A DNA stretch of 64,000 nt, taken from NCBI GenBank assembly GCA_964531735.1, contig CAZHGD010000012.1, positions 1 through 64,000 of the forward strand. Reading direction: 5' to 3'. The notes under the pieces were generated by a model. The model saw only the letters and a program-made list of their open reading frames with translations, made no database searches and was not told where the DNA came from. The stretch's first letter is position 1. Each line of letters begins with the position of its first letter. Shown here in pieces: positions 19,561 to 30,479 of the stretch. The stretch comes from an uncultured Fimbriimonadaceae bacterium (GTDB lineage: Bacteria > Armatimonadota > UBA10988). The position numbers and the translations under genes are program-made.

Positions 19561-19700
19561 CCATGACGCGCCCGTGGGACCGGCGTCCTCGCCGGTCGAT
19601 ACCATGACGCGCCCGTGGGACCGGCGTCCTCGCCGGTCGGTACGCGGCCTCCTCGGCGTGCGCCGTCGGCCCGTGGACCGCGGGCGTCTCGCCGGCCACC
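19561..19700. repeat. Tandem direct repeat, 41-nt unit, two exact copies plus a degenerate third, in a convergent intergenic region
   Basis: ccatgacgcgcccgtgggaccggcgtcctcgccggtcg occurs at 19561 and again at 19602. A diverged copy follows at about 19650. Confidence 0.6.
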
Positions 19701-19743
19701 AGCGGCCAGCGCCGAATTATGGGTGACGTCCCTGGTTTTGCGA

Positions 19744-21909
19744 CTACAGCGGCGTGCCGCGTACGGCCTGCCAGGGCGTGAAGGCACCGACGCCGTGGAG
19801 CTTGATGGTGCGCCGCCAGAGCCGGTCGCCAGAGAACGCGTAGAGCGTGTTCAGCTCCGGCCCGCCGAAGCTAAGGCCGGTCACCCGCAGATTGCCGGGC
19901 AGCGGCAGGATGACCTGCGTCGGTCCGTCATCGGCGCAGACCTGGATGCCGTAGCGCGTGGCCACCAGCAACTGGCCTTCGCGAGCGTAGCAGACCGACT
20001 CCGCGCCGGCGTCGTCTTCCCAATCCGGCACGTGCAGCCAGAAGTAGCGCTCCTTGTGGGCCAGTGTGCCATCCGGCTTGACCTGGTAGCTGTACAGCCA
20101 CTTCGACTGCCCGTCGGCCACGGCCAGCAGCCACTGGTCCGGCCGATAGGCCAAGCCCGTGGCCGTCTTCAGGCCGGTGTCGACCACCGTGGCGCGGCCG
20201 TCCTTGACCAGCCACACCGTCCCGCGGCCGTCGGCTCCCGCGCCGGTCGCGTACAGGCTGCCGTCGGGCCGGGCCAGCAGGTAGCGGCCAGGCACGCCCT
20301 CGGCCACCGGTTGCGCCGTGGCGCCATCATGGCGCAGGATTCGCCCGGTCCCAGCCGAGACCGAGTACAACTCGTCCTTCGGACCGACGGCCAAGCCGGT
20401 CGCTTGGGAGGCGTCGGCGAGGAACACCGCCGGCCGGCCATCGCCGGCGAGGCGCAGAATCTGGTTCTGCCGGCTGTCGAGGTAGTACACCTCGCCGCGT
20501 GAGTTGACCACCGGGCTGCGCGGCTCGCCCAGGCCCTCGGCGACCAGTGACCAGCGCCCGCCGGTGCCGATGACATCGCGCACGCGCGGGGCGCTCGGTC
20601 CGGCCCTGACCGGCTCGGGCCAGCCTCGCCACAGGAACCGCAGCGCCTCGCGCAGGTGCTCCATCCAGCCGGCCACGTGGGGGCCGTCAATCGCCCTGAA
20701 GACGTAGTCGTAACCGGCGAACTTCAGCGCCTTGTCCATCTCCAGGTCGATCAGGTACCAGTCGCCGGCGCAGTTCTCCATATCGCGGGTGCCCGTGGTC
20801 AGATACGCGCGGATCGGCTTGGCTTCGGTCTTGCGGATCAGCGTAGGGAACTCGTGCCCGCCGCGGAAGGCCACAAAGCTGCCGCTGTTGGCGTAGACGC
20901 GCGAGAACGCGTCGGGCCGGTGCCAGGCCGCAGTGAAGGCCGCGATGCCGCCGCTACTGCCGCCCGCGATACAGCGGTCGTTGCCGCTGGTCGACAGCTT
21001 CAGGTCGAAGGTTTTGGCCACGTACGGCAACAGCTCATCGACCAGGAAGCGCACGTAGTGGTCGCTGACGCCGTCGTACTCGAAGCAGCGGTTGCGCCGG
21101 CCCAGGGTGCCCGGCATCGGCGCCGGCAGGTCGCCGGGCCGGATGAACACGCCGACCATGACCGGGATCTCGCCCGCGGCGATCAGCGTTTCCAGCAAGC
21201 CCTTCTCCTGCGGGTTGTAGCCGTCCTGCCGCACGTAGACGCAAGCCGGCTGGCGGCCGTCGTACTGCGCCGGGATGAACACCGTGCCGCTCCGGCGCGT
21301 GCCGGGGAAGACGGCGCTGTCGGTGAAGGTGAAGTCCTTGGTGACGCCCTTGGGCGCCCGCGCCCGCAGCAGGTCACCGGCCGACGCCGGCCACTTGGCG
21401 CCGGGGAGCGGCTGGAGCAGCCACTGCAGGTGCTCGTCGGCCGGGTTGCAGGTCCACAGGTCCTGCCGCGCGCCGGGCACCTTGCCGCCGCCGAAGTCGT
21501 CCAGGCCCTGGCCGGGGGCGTGCTTCGGGATCAGGCTGAACGAGTCGTCGGGGTTGCGCTTGACCGCCCAGAGCTGCCACGGCGCGTCGGACGCGGTCTC
21601 CAGCACGATCGGCGTGCCGTTGGCCGTGCGACCGGCGGCCGCGGCCATGACCAGCGTCTCGCTGTGGGCCGGGCGTAGCTGGTGCCAGCCGCCACCGCGG
21701 TGGACCAGGCGCCACTGCTGGTGCGGCGCGCCAGCGGGCAGGCCGATGGAGACGACGGTGCCCGGCGTGCTGCCGGCGCCGACGGCTTCCAAGACCAGTT
21801 CGGGCGCACTGACCGGCACGATGGTGAACGCGCCGGACCACTCCTGCGCCCGGGCCGGCCCGGCGAAGGTGAGGCTGAGCAGAACCGCGGCACACCACAG
21901 ACGCTTCAT
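19744..21909 (-). CDS. Secreted multidomain protein: ricin-B lectin, esterase (GxSxG) and SMP-30/gluconolactonase-like beta-propeller
   Basis: Signal peptide MKRLWCAAVLLSLTFAGPARA. QxW repeats (QQWRL, WQLW). Esterase-D-like IAGGSSGGIAAF nucleophile elbow. C-terminal SGL-like repeats. Confidence 0.8.
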   Translation of the reverse strand: MKRLWCAAVLLSLTFAGPARAQEWSGAFTIVPVSAPELVLEAVGAGSTPGTVVSIGLPAGAPHQQWRLVHRGGGWHQLRPAHSETLVMAAAAGRTANGTPIVLETASDAPWQLWAVKRNPDDSFSLIPKHAPGQGLDDFGGGKVPGARQDLWTCNPADEHLQWLLQPLPGAKWPASAGDLLRARAPKGVTKDFTFTDSAVFPGTRRSGTVFIPAQYDGRQPACVYVRQDGYNPQEKGLLETLIAAGEIPVMVGVFIRPGDLPAPMPGTLGRRNRCFEYDGVSDHYVRFLVDELLPYVAKTFDLKLSTSGNDRCIAGGSSGGIAAFTAAWHRPDAFSRVYANSGSFVAFRGGHEFPTLIRKTEAKPIRAYLTTGTRDMENCAGDWYLIDLEMDKALKFAGYDYVFRAIDGPHVAGWMEHLREALRFLWRGWPEPVRAGPSAPRVRDVIGTGGRWSLVAEGLGEPRSPVVNSRGEVYYLDSRQNQILRLAGDGRPAVFLADASQATGLAVGPKDELYSVSAGTGRILRHDGATAQPVAEGVPGRYLLARPDGSLYATGAGADGRGTVWLVKDGRATVVDTGLKTATGLAYRPDQWLLAVADGQSKWLYSYQVKPDGTLAHKERYFWLHVPDWEDDAGAESVCYAREGQLLVATRYGIQVCADDGPTQVILPLPGNLRVTGLSFGGPELNTLYAFSGDRLWRRTIKLHGVGAFTPWQAVRGTPL

Positions 21910-21994
21910 GGCGGCGCACCCTCCGCGCCCAGGATAGCAGGTTGTGCGGGGGCCGGCGGTGCGAGGAGGGAGGGCGGGTGCCCTCCCCACTCGC

Positions 21995-23560
21995 TCACAG
22001 CCGGGCGAACTCGCTGATCACCTCGGGCGTGGTGGCATCGAAGCCGGCCACATCCATCATCAGCGGGTCCTCCGGGTCGGCGATGGAGCCGCCCGTGGCG
22101 GTCAGACCCACCACCGCCATCTTGGCCGCGATGCCCATCTGCCGCCGATAGTCGCGCAGCAGTTCCGCCGGATGGCCCGAAGGGCCCGCCCAGGTCTCGT
22201 TGTCCGTGAGGTTCACGAACACGTCGACCGGGACCTGCTGCTCGATGGCCCACTGCACCGGTAGCGCGCAGTTGGTGCCACCGCCGCAGCCGTCCAGCAC
22301 CTTGGTGACCTGGCCCAGGTTCATCTTGGGCGAGATCGCCAGCTCCCGGAGCCGCGTGTCGTAACCAACCAGGTGCCAGCGCGGTTCCACCCGCGCGGTC
22401 ACCAGCGCCAGGGCGGCCGCCACGGCGCCGCAGGTCAGTCGGGTGCCCGGCAGCGCGCCGAAGCTCATCGAGCCCGACGTGTCCACCGCCAGCAGCACCC
22501 GCTGCCCGATCGGCTCGACGTTGCCGAACGCGGCGTAGAACGCGGCGTCCAGCGCGTCGAGGATGGCCCGGTCGGCCGTCCAGCGCAGCGAACCGCGGTA
22601 GCCGCCGCCCGCCGCGTAGGTGCCGGCGGCCAGCAGCAGCGCGATCGGGTGGATACGCGACTTGCGGATCACCTCCGCGTTGCGCAGCCGCTCGGTAACC
22701 TGGCGCACCTCGTCGCTCAGCGGCGCCAGGACGCCGTTGGCGGTCAGCACGCCCAGGTTGCGCACCGTGGCCATCACGGGCAGGCGCGGCACCAGTTCGC
22801 GCCACACCGCCGGCGAGCGCTTCTCCGACGGGATCATCTCCCAGGAGACGTGCCCGCGCCGCACGATGTCGAGCACCTGGCCCTCGGTCAGTGTGCCGGC
22901 CAGCGCATCGACATCGCGCAGCACCTCGAGCGCGGGCTCTCCGCGGCGGCAGACCCAGTCGAACACGTTGGCGTGCTCGGCCGTCACCGCCGCCGGGTGC
23001 GCCAGGCGCAGCAGATCGCGGTGCGCCCAGCCATCCCGCTGCCGGTACTTGGCCACCTGGTACGCCAGGTCGGTCGCGCTCTGGCTGGTGTACCAGCGCG
23101 CCACGGCCTCGCGCAGCAGGCGGCCCCAGCCGCGGAACCCTTCGACGTACTCGGCGAAGTGGAACAGATGCGTGCCGATGCGCGCCACCTGTGGCAACGC
23201 CGCGGCCGCCGCGCGCCGCGCGGCCGGATGCGCCGTGGCCATGGCGAGCACGTACAGCGCCGGGTCGTTCGATGGCGCCCGCCCGGCGGTGGACACGGCC
23301 ACCACCTCGCGGACGACCCGCTCGGGATCCTCGTCGAGCAGCGCGCCGATGACCTGGACGTTGTCGAGCGTCAGCTCGCGGGCGCTGGTGTAGTAGGTAC
23401 CACCCAGCGTGCCGGTGACCAGGAACCGCCGCAGTTGCTGCCACGGATCGACCCGGAAGACGAAGCCGCCCGCCGCGTTCCGGACCATCGTCCGGCCGGC
23501 TATCGGCTCGCTCTGAGGCGTCCGGGTGTGACGGACGCGATGGATGTCGCTGTACCGCAT
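21995..23560 (-). CDS. rsr: Ro60 ortholog Rsr (TROVE domain plus vWA domain RNA-binding protein)
   Basis: The N-terminus (TPQSEPIAG...GGFVFRVDPWQQLRRFLVTGTLGGTYY) is typical of Ro60/Rsr. MIPSEKRSPAVW TROVE core. C-terminal vWA MIDAS motif DTSGSMS. Perfect AAGGAGG RBS 7 nt before the ATG at 23560. Confidence 0.9.
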   Translation of the reverse strand: MRYSDIHRVRHTRTPQSEPIAGRTMVRNAAGGFVFRVDPWQQLRRFLVTGTLGGTYYTSARELTLDNVQVIGALLDEDPERVVREVVAVSTAGRAPSNDPALYVLAMATAHPAARRAAAAALPQVARIGTHLFHFAEYVEGFRGWGRLLREAVARWYTSQSATDLAYQVAKYRQRDGWAHRDLLRLAHPAAVTAEHANVFDWVCRRGEPALEVLRDVDALAGTLTEGQVLDIVRRGHVSWEMIPSEKRSPAVWRELVPRLPVMATVRNLGVLTANGVLAPLSDEVRQVTERLRNAEVIRKSRIHPIALLLAAGTYAAGGGYRGSLRWTADRAILDALDAAFYAAFGNVEPIGQRVLLAVDTSGSMSFGALPGTRLTCGAVAAALALVTARVEPRWHLVGYDTRLRELAISPKMNLGQVTKVLDGCGGGTNCALPVQWAIEQQVPVDVFVNLTDNETWAGPSGHPAELLRDYRRQMGIAAKMAVVGLTATGGSIADPEDPLMMDVAGFDATTPEVISEFARL

Positions 23561-23728
23561 CGTTCGGCCCTCCTTCGTGGGCCTCGTCACGCGCCATCGC
23601 CCGGTGGGGGCGCACAAGGGAGCCGAGGGACATGGGAATCCAGCACGGATCACCGCTCCGCTTTGGAGCGGTTCAGGTGTCGAAACCTGACTTGCCACGA
23701 TAACCGTTCTGGTCCGGCCCACTCGGCC

Positions 23729-23859
23729 TGGTCTCCCGGGGCGGGTTCGAACCGCCGACCACCTTGGTCTGGTAGATAACCGTCACGGCAACGGCCCGGC
23801 ACGGGCATGGTGGTGCGCAACGGACTCTGAAGGTGCTCTACCGACTGAGCTACCGGGAG
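23729..23859 (-). ncRNA. tRNA-like non-coding RNA with an expanded anticodon arm; candidate Y RNA (YrlA-like tRNA mimic) associated with rsr
   Basis: The minus-strand sequence has these parts:
- 7-bp acceptor stem CTCCCGG/CCGGGAG
- U8 A9
- D arm GCTC-AGTCGGTA-GAGC
- a 72-nt insert in place of the 17-nt anticodon arm
- TGGTC variable region
- T arm GGCGG-TTCGAAC-CCGCC
- discriminator A
- encoded CCA
It lies 170 nt upstream of rsr on the same strand. Confidence 0.55.
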
Positions 23860-24178
23860 AGAGCGGGCAGGGCGTGTGTGCTTCCCAAGGGTGTTGGTTC
23901 CGCTTTCAGGATAACCTTGAGAATCCGGCCCTGCCCAAGTTCGCGAAGCGTCGAACCGGAGGTCACGACCGACCTGGGACCAGAGGTTGCTGGTGCCGGC
24001 TCGCCGCGCCACCGGACACACCGTGTCCGTGACTCGCGAGTCTTCGAGGCTGTCGTTTGGTCATATGCCTGCTCCACACCAGCATCCGTCCGCAGGACGG
24101 CTGAGAGTGTCGAACGGTATACCCGCTGTCGCTTATCGTCAAGCGCCGGAGTGTTGCGAAACGGTGTCGCGTCGGCGC

Positions 24179-26626
<2,448 letters not shown>

Positions 26627-26781
26627 CAGTCGGCCTCCAGGCCGAGGCGAACAGGTTTTCGCGATTATAGCGGCCGGTGGGGCAAAGGGCCAAGGCGATT
26701 GTCCGCGCGGCCGACGGCGCGCACGGCGTAATGCGCGGGGTGGGCGGCGCAACTCACCGGCACCGGGCGGGAGTGCCGCGC

Positions 26782-27603
26782 ATGGGTAGGCGACGGGTGG
26801 TCGCGCTGGGGTGCGGTCTGCTGGCGATCGGGCTGGCGCAACAGGTCTGCTATGGCAAGCTGACCGCGTTTTCGCCGGTGCTGCTGGGCTTCAGCCGGCA
26901 CGAGACCGCCCGCGCCGTGGTCTACCGGCAGGCCGGCGCCGGCTGGCCCGCGGACATCGACCTCGACGGCATGATCGCCGAGGTGGAGCGCTTCCATGAT
27001 CTGCGGTTCCGGCGCCGTCCGGAGTTGGTCGCGTTTGGCGACGTGGCCAGCTACCGCCGCCGGTCGCTGTCGCGCGCGCGGTTCTGCGCCTTCTCGAGCG
27101 GTCGCCTGCTGATCTCGCCCTGGGCGCTCCGCGAGGCGGCTGAAGGGCGCCTTTCGCTCGACATCTACCTGCGCCACGAGCTGTCACACGTGCTGATCTT
27201 CCAGCACCGCGGCTTCCTGGCCGAGCTCCGCTACCCGGCTTGGCTGCTGGAGGGCCTCGCCGTGTACAGCACGCAGCAGATGGGCACGACGTTCTACCCG
27301 AGCAAGGCCGACACCTACCGGCTGCTGCGGCAGGGCAACTACCTGCCGCCGCGCTGGTTCAAGACCCGCCGCGAGGACAGCGTGCCGTTGCGCGTGCCGT
27401 ACCGCCTCGGGTTCATCTACTCCGAGTTCGGCTGTCTCGTCGACTACCTGCAGGAGACCCACAGACCGGAGCGTCTGCTGGCCTATATGAAGCGGCTGCT
27501 CCGTGACAGCGACGAGGAGCGCGCCTTCCAGGCGGTCTACGGCTACTCGTTCGAGACCTGCCTGGAGCGGTTCCGGGCGCAGGCGGAGGTGGCTGAGCGC
27601 TGA
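26782..27603 (+). CDS. Hypothetical HExxH metallopeptidase-like membrane/secreted protein
   Basis: N-terminal hydrophobic segment (VVALGCGLLAIGLA). HELSHVLIFQH zinc-binding motif. Confidence 0.6.
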   Translation: MGRRRVVALGCGLLAIGLAQQVCYGKLTAFSPVLLGFSRHETARAVVYRQAGAGWPADIDLDGMIAEVERFHDLRFRRRPELVAFGDVASYRRRSLSRARFCAFSSGRLLISPWALREAAEGRLSLDIYLRHELSHVLIFQHRGFLAELRYPAWLLEGLAVYSTQQMGTTFYPSKADTYRLLRQGNYLPPRWFKTRREDSVPLRVPYRLGFIYSEFGCLVDYLQETHRPERLLAYMKRLLRDSDEERAFQAVYGYSFETCLERFRAQAEVAER

Positions 27604-27680
27604 ACGGGGCCGGACCCCGGGCGAGCTCACCGTTGCCCGCCAGGGGTCCGACCCAGCTCACACCACGGCGCCTGCCGGGC

Positions 27681-29567
27681 TCAGGCTTCGGCGTCCGGTG
27701 ACGGCGGGGCGTCCTCGGTGGCTTCGCCGTTGGTGGTCGGCTTCAGCTTGTTGCCGACCGCGTCGAAGACACCGTCGAGCAGGCCCTTCAGATCGTCCGG
27801 CAGCGCTTTGGCGACGCCTTGCAGCAGGCTGCCCATCGACTGGCCGCGGTGGAAGCCTTCGGCCATCTGGGTGACTGTGTCCGGGTCGCCCCAGATGGTC
27901 ATCTTGGCCTCGGAGAGCGCCAGGCCCATGGCTTCCGACTGCGCCTTGGCCATCTCCACCTGGCCCTGGATCAGGATGCGGAACTTCTCCAGTTCAACCG
28001 CCACGCCCTCGTGCTTGGAGCGCGCGGCCAGCTCGGATTCGAGCACCTCGACGCGCTTGCGTTCCACCTCGACGCGCTCGGCTTCCACTTCCACCGGCAC
28101 CATCTGCTTGGCCCGCTCGCCCGACGCCTCCATCTGCGCCGCCTCGGCGGCCGCTTTGGCCTGGGCCAGCCTGGCGGCGGCCTGCGCCTCGGCGGCCTTC
28201 TGCTCGCCTTCGGCCTGGGCCACCACGGCGAACGCGCGCACCCCGGCCTGCGTCTCCTCGCGGACGCGCTGCTCCTGCGCCGCTTTGGCAGTGGCGATGA
28301 ACTTCTTCTGCGCCTCGCGCTCGGCTTCAGCGGTCTGCTGCACCGTCAGCACCTTCTGCTCGGCTTCCTGCCGGGCCGCTTCGGCGGCCAGGGCCTCGGC
28401 CTCCGCCGTGGCGCGCGCGGCGTCGCGCTCGGCCACGGTGATCTGGCGGTCGCGCTCGGCCACCTCGACCGCGCGCTGCCGCTCCTGGGCCGCCACCTGG
28501 ATGGCCTGATCGCGCTCGATGCTGGCCTGCTCCACCGCGCGTTCCTGCTGCACCTGGGCGGTCTTCACCTCCTGGTCGCGATGCGCCTCGGCCAGCGCAA
28601 TCTGCTGTTGGCGCGCGATCTCGGCCTCCTGCACCTGCCGCGCCTGCTGGATCTGGAACTCCTTCATCTCGCGGTCGGCTTCCACCTGTGCGTTGGTCAC
28701 CTGTGTCCGCTGCAGCGCCTCGGCTTCGGCCTTGGCGCGCTCCAGTTCCAGGATCTGCTTGCGCGTCTCGACGTCCTGGCTCTGCTTGGCCCGCTCGGCC
28801 TCGCGCATCAGCGTGTTGCGCTGCACTTCGGCCGCCTGCTCAATCTGCGTCCGCTCGGTCAGCGCCGTCTGCGTGATCTCGGCGATGCGCCGCTTGCCCT
28901 GCGCGTCGAAGATGTTCAGGTCCGACAGCGAGCGCGGATCCGTCTGGTCGAGCATCGAGATGGTCACCGCTTCCAGCGTCAGCCCGTTGTGCTGCAGGTC
29001 GCCGCGCACCGCCTCGGAGACCGCCGTGGCGAACTTCTCGCGCTCGACGTGCAACTCGACGAGCTGCTTCTGCGCCGCCACCGAGCGGAGCGCCGAGACC
29101 AGCTTCTCGCCCACCAGTTGGGCGATGGAGTCCGCGTGGGTGCCTTTCTCGCCCAGTGAGCGCGCCGCGGCGAGGATGTCCGGCTCCTGCGGCGCCACCT
29201 TGATGTAGAACTCGGCCTCGACGTTGACCCGCAGGTTGTCGGCGGTGATCAACGCGTCGGGTCCGTTGCGCTGCACGCCCAGCTTCATCGTCTGCAGGCT
29301 GATGGGCACCACGTTGTGCAGGATCGGAATCACGATGGCGCCGCCGCCGAGGACGGCCTTCTCGCCGCCCTGACCGGTGCGGACGAAGGCCTCATGGGCC
29401 AACGTCTTGCGATAGAGCCGGATGGACGCCACCAGCGCGCCGGCACCGACCAGGCACGAACCGAACACCAGACCGGCGATGCGGTGCACCATGGTGGCGT
29501 CCGGAACCACGAACGGTGCGACGATGGCCGCCACACCCACGACCACGAGTACCAGGGCAGCAAACAT
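27681..29567 (-). CDS. yqiK: Flotillin-family SPFH/band-7 protein (YqiK-like)
   Basis: N-terminal TM. SPFH domain. Very long E/A/Q/R coiled-coil. Flotillin C-terminal tail. GGAG RBS. Confidence 0.85.
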   Translation of the reverse strand: MFAALVLVVVGVAAIVAPFVVPDATMVHRIAGLVFGSCLVGAGALVASIRLYRKTLAHEAFVRTGQGGEKAVLGGGAIVIPILHNVVPISLQTMKLGVQRNGPDALITADNLRVNVEAEFYIKVAPQEPDILAAARSLGEKGTHADSIAQLVGEKLVSALRSVAAQKQLVELHVEREKFATAVSEAVRGDLQHNGLTLEAVTISMLDQTDPRSLSDLNIFDAQGKRRIAEITQTALTERTQIEQAAEVQRNTLMREAERAKQSQDVETRKQILELERAKAEAEALQRTQVTNAQVEADREMKEFQIQQARQVQEAEIARQQQIALAEAHRDQEVKTAQVQQERAVEQASIERDQAIQVAAQERQRAVEVAERDRQITVAERDAARATAEAEALAAEAARQEAEQKVLTVQQTAEAEREAQKKFIATAKAAQEQRVREETQAGVRAFAVVAQAEGEQKAAEAQAAARLAQAKAAAEAAQMEASGERAKQMVPVEVEAERVEVERKRVEVLESELAARSKHEGVAVELEKFRILIQGQVEMAKAQSEAMGLALSEAKMTIWGDPDTVTQMAEGFHRGQSMGSLLQGVAKALPDDLKGLLDGVFDAVGNKLKPTTNGEATEDAPPSPDAEA

Positions 29568-29579
29568 GCTCAGCTCCGT

Positions 29580-30377
29580 TCAGTCCACGTCGTAGGGCGC
29601 CGCGAGGTAGACGCCCTGTGCGGGGTCCCAGTCGACCAGGACCGCCATACTCCCCCGTTCGAGCGGCTCCTCACCCACCAGCCGGCAGGGCACTTCCACA
29701 TAGCCGAGCTTTGGCCCTGAGGCCATGCCGGCGCCCTGTTCCCCGGTGATCCGGTGGGTCACTTCGACCACCTCGCCCCGGAGACCACCGGGGCGAATGG
29801 CGTTCGACTCGATGGCCGGCAGAATCGCCGACATCGTGCGCGCCGTGAACCGCGTCGACCACGAGGCACCCAATCCCGCCGCCAGCAGCGACGGCCCGAT
29901 GAACCACTCCGGCCGGTGGATGATCAGCGCCAGCAGCATGTTGGCGGTCAACCCGAACACCCCCCAGCCGACACAGAACAGCTCCACGACCAACACGAGC
30001 GACACCCGTCCGGCCCCGATGAAGCGCAGCCAGTCGCCGAGGAAGGCGAACACCGGCTGCTGCTCATCGGCCGGGTGCGCCGATGAATCGTGCCCGTCGC
30101 CATGCGTTCCGCCAGGCGCCTCGGCATGAGCGTCGGCGTGCACTTCATGGCCCCCCACGGCCACGTGGCCGTGGGCGTCGAAATGAGCGTCACCGTGCGC
30201 GTCGAGGTGAGCGTCACCGTGCGCGTCGGCGTGGCCGCCCAGGTCGACGTGCCCATGCGCGTCGAAGTGCTCGGCCAGACTGCCGGTGACCAGCATGATC
30301 AGCAGGTAGACCACCGCGACGAGGAACGGGATGACGTAGACCAGGTTCCACCACTGCCACAGATCGGCCCCGTTCAT
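29580..30377 (-). CDS. yqiJ: NfeD-like membrane protein (YqiJ-like) with a His/Asp-rich repeat insert
   Basis: TM helices plus a C-terminal NfeD OB-fold-like region (GEVVEVTHRITGEQGAGMASGPKLGYVEV). Immediately upstream of the flotillin gene, as in yqiJK operons. Repeats DAHGHVDLGGHADAHGDAHLDAHGDAHFDAHGH. Confidence 0.7.
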   Translation of the reverse strand: MNGADLWQWWNLVYVIPFLVAVVYLLIMLVTGSLAEHFDAHGHVDLGGHADAHGDAHLDAHGDAHFDAHGHVAVGGHEVHADAHAEAPGGTHGDGHDSSAHPADEQQPVFAFLGDWLRFIGAGRVSLVLVVELFCVGWGVFGLTANMLLALIIHRPEWFIGPSLLAAGLGASWSTRFTARTMSAILPAIESNAIRPGGLRGEVVEVTHRITGEQGAGMASGPKLGYVEVPCRLVGEEPLERGSMAVLVDWDPAQGVYLAAPYDVD

Positions 30378-30479
30378 CCGTGCCCTCCCGTCTGCCAGCG
30401 GCCGGGCGGCGTTGCTCGTTGGCTATAGCGATTCGACCCGCCCAATCGTTCCCGACCGGCCGGCGATTACCTGCGTGGG

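Noticed and set aside
23729-23859. Interpreting the tRNA-like element as an ordinary tRNA gene, an intron-containing tRNA, or tmRNA.
   Set aside because: It is 131 nt with no canonical 17-nt anticodon stem-loop. The 55 extra nt are far too short for a bacterial group I intron, and bacteria lack BHB-type tRNA introns. tmRNA would need about 350 nt with an mRNA-like tag ORF between split tRNA halves. Location next to rsr favours a Y RNA.
23640-23960. TTATC-containing repeats as DnaA boxes or a replication origin.
   Set aside because: Matches to TTATCCACA are only 6 or 7 of 9. There is no dnaA or dnaN nearby and no AT-rich unwinding element. The motif copies are embedded in apparent RNA structure next to rsr.
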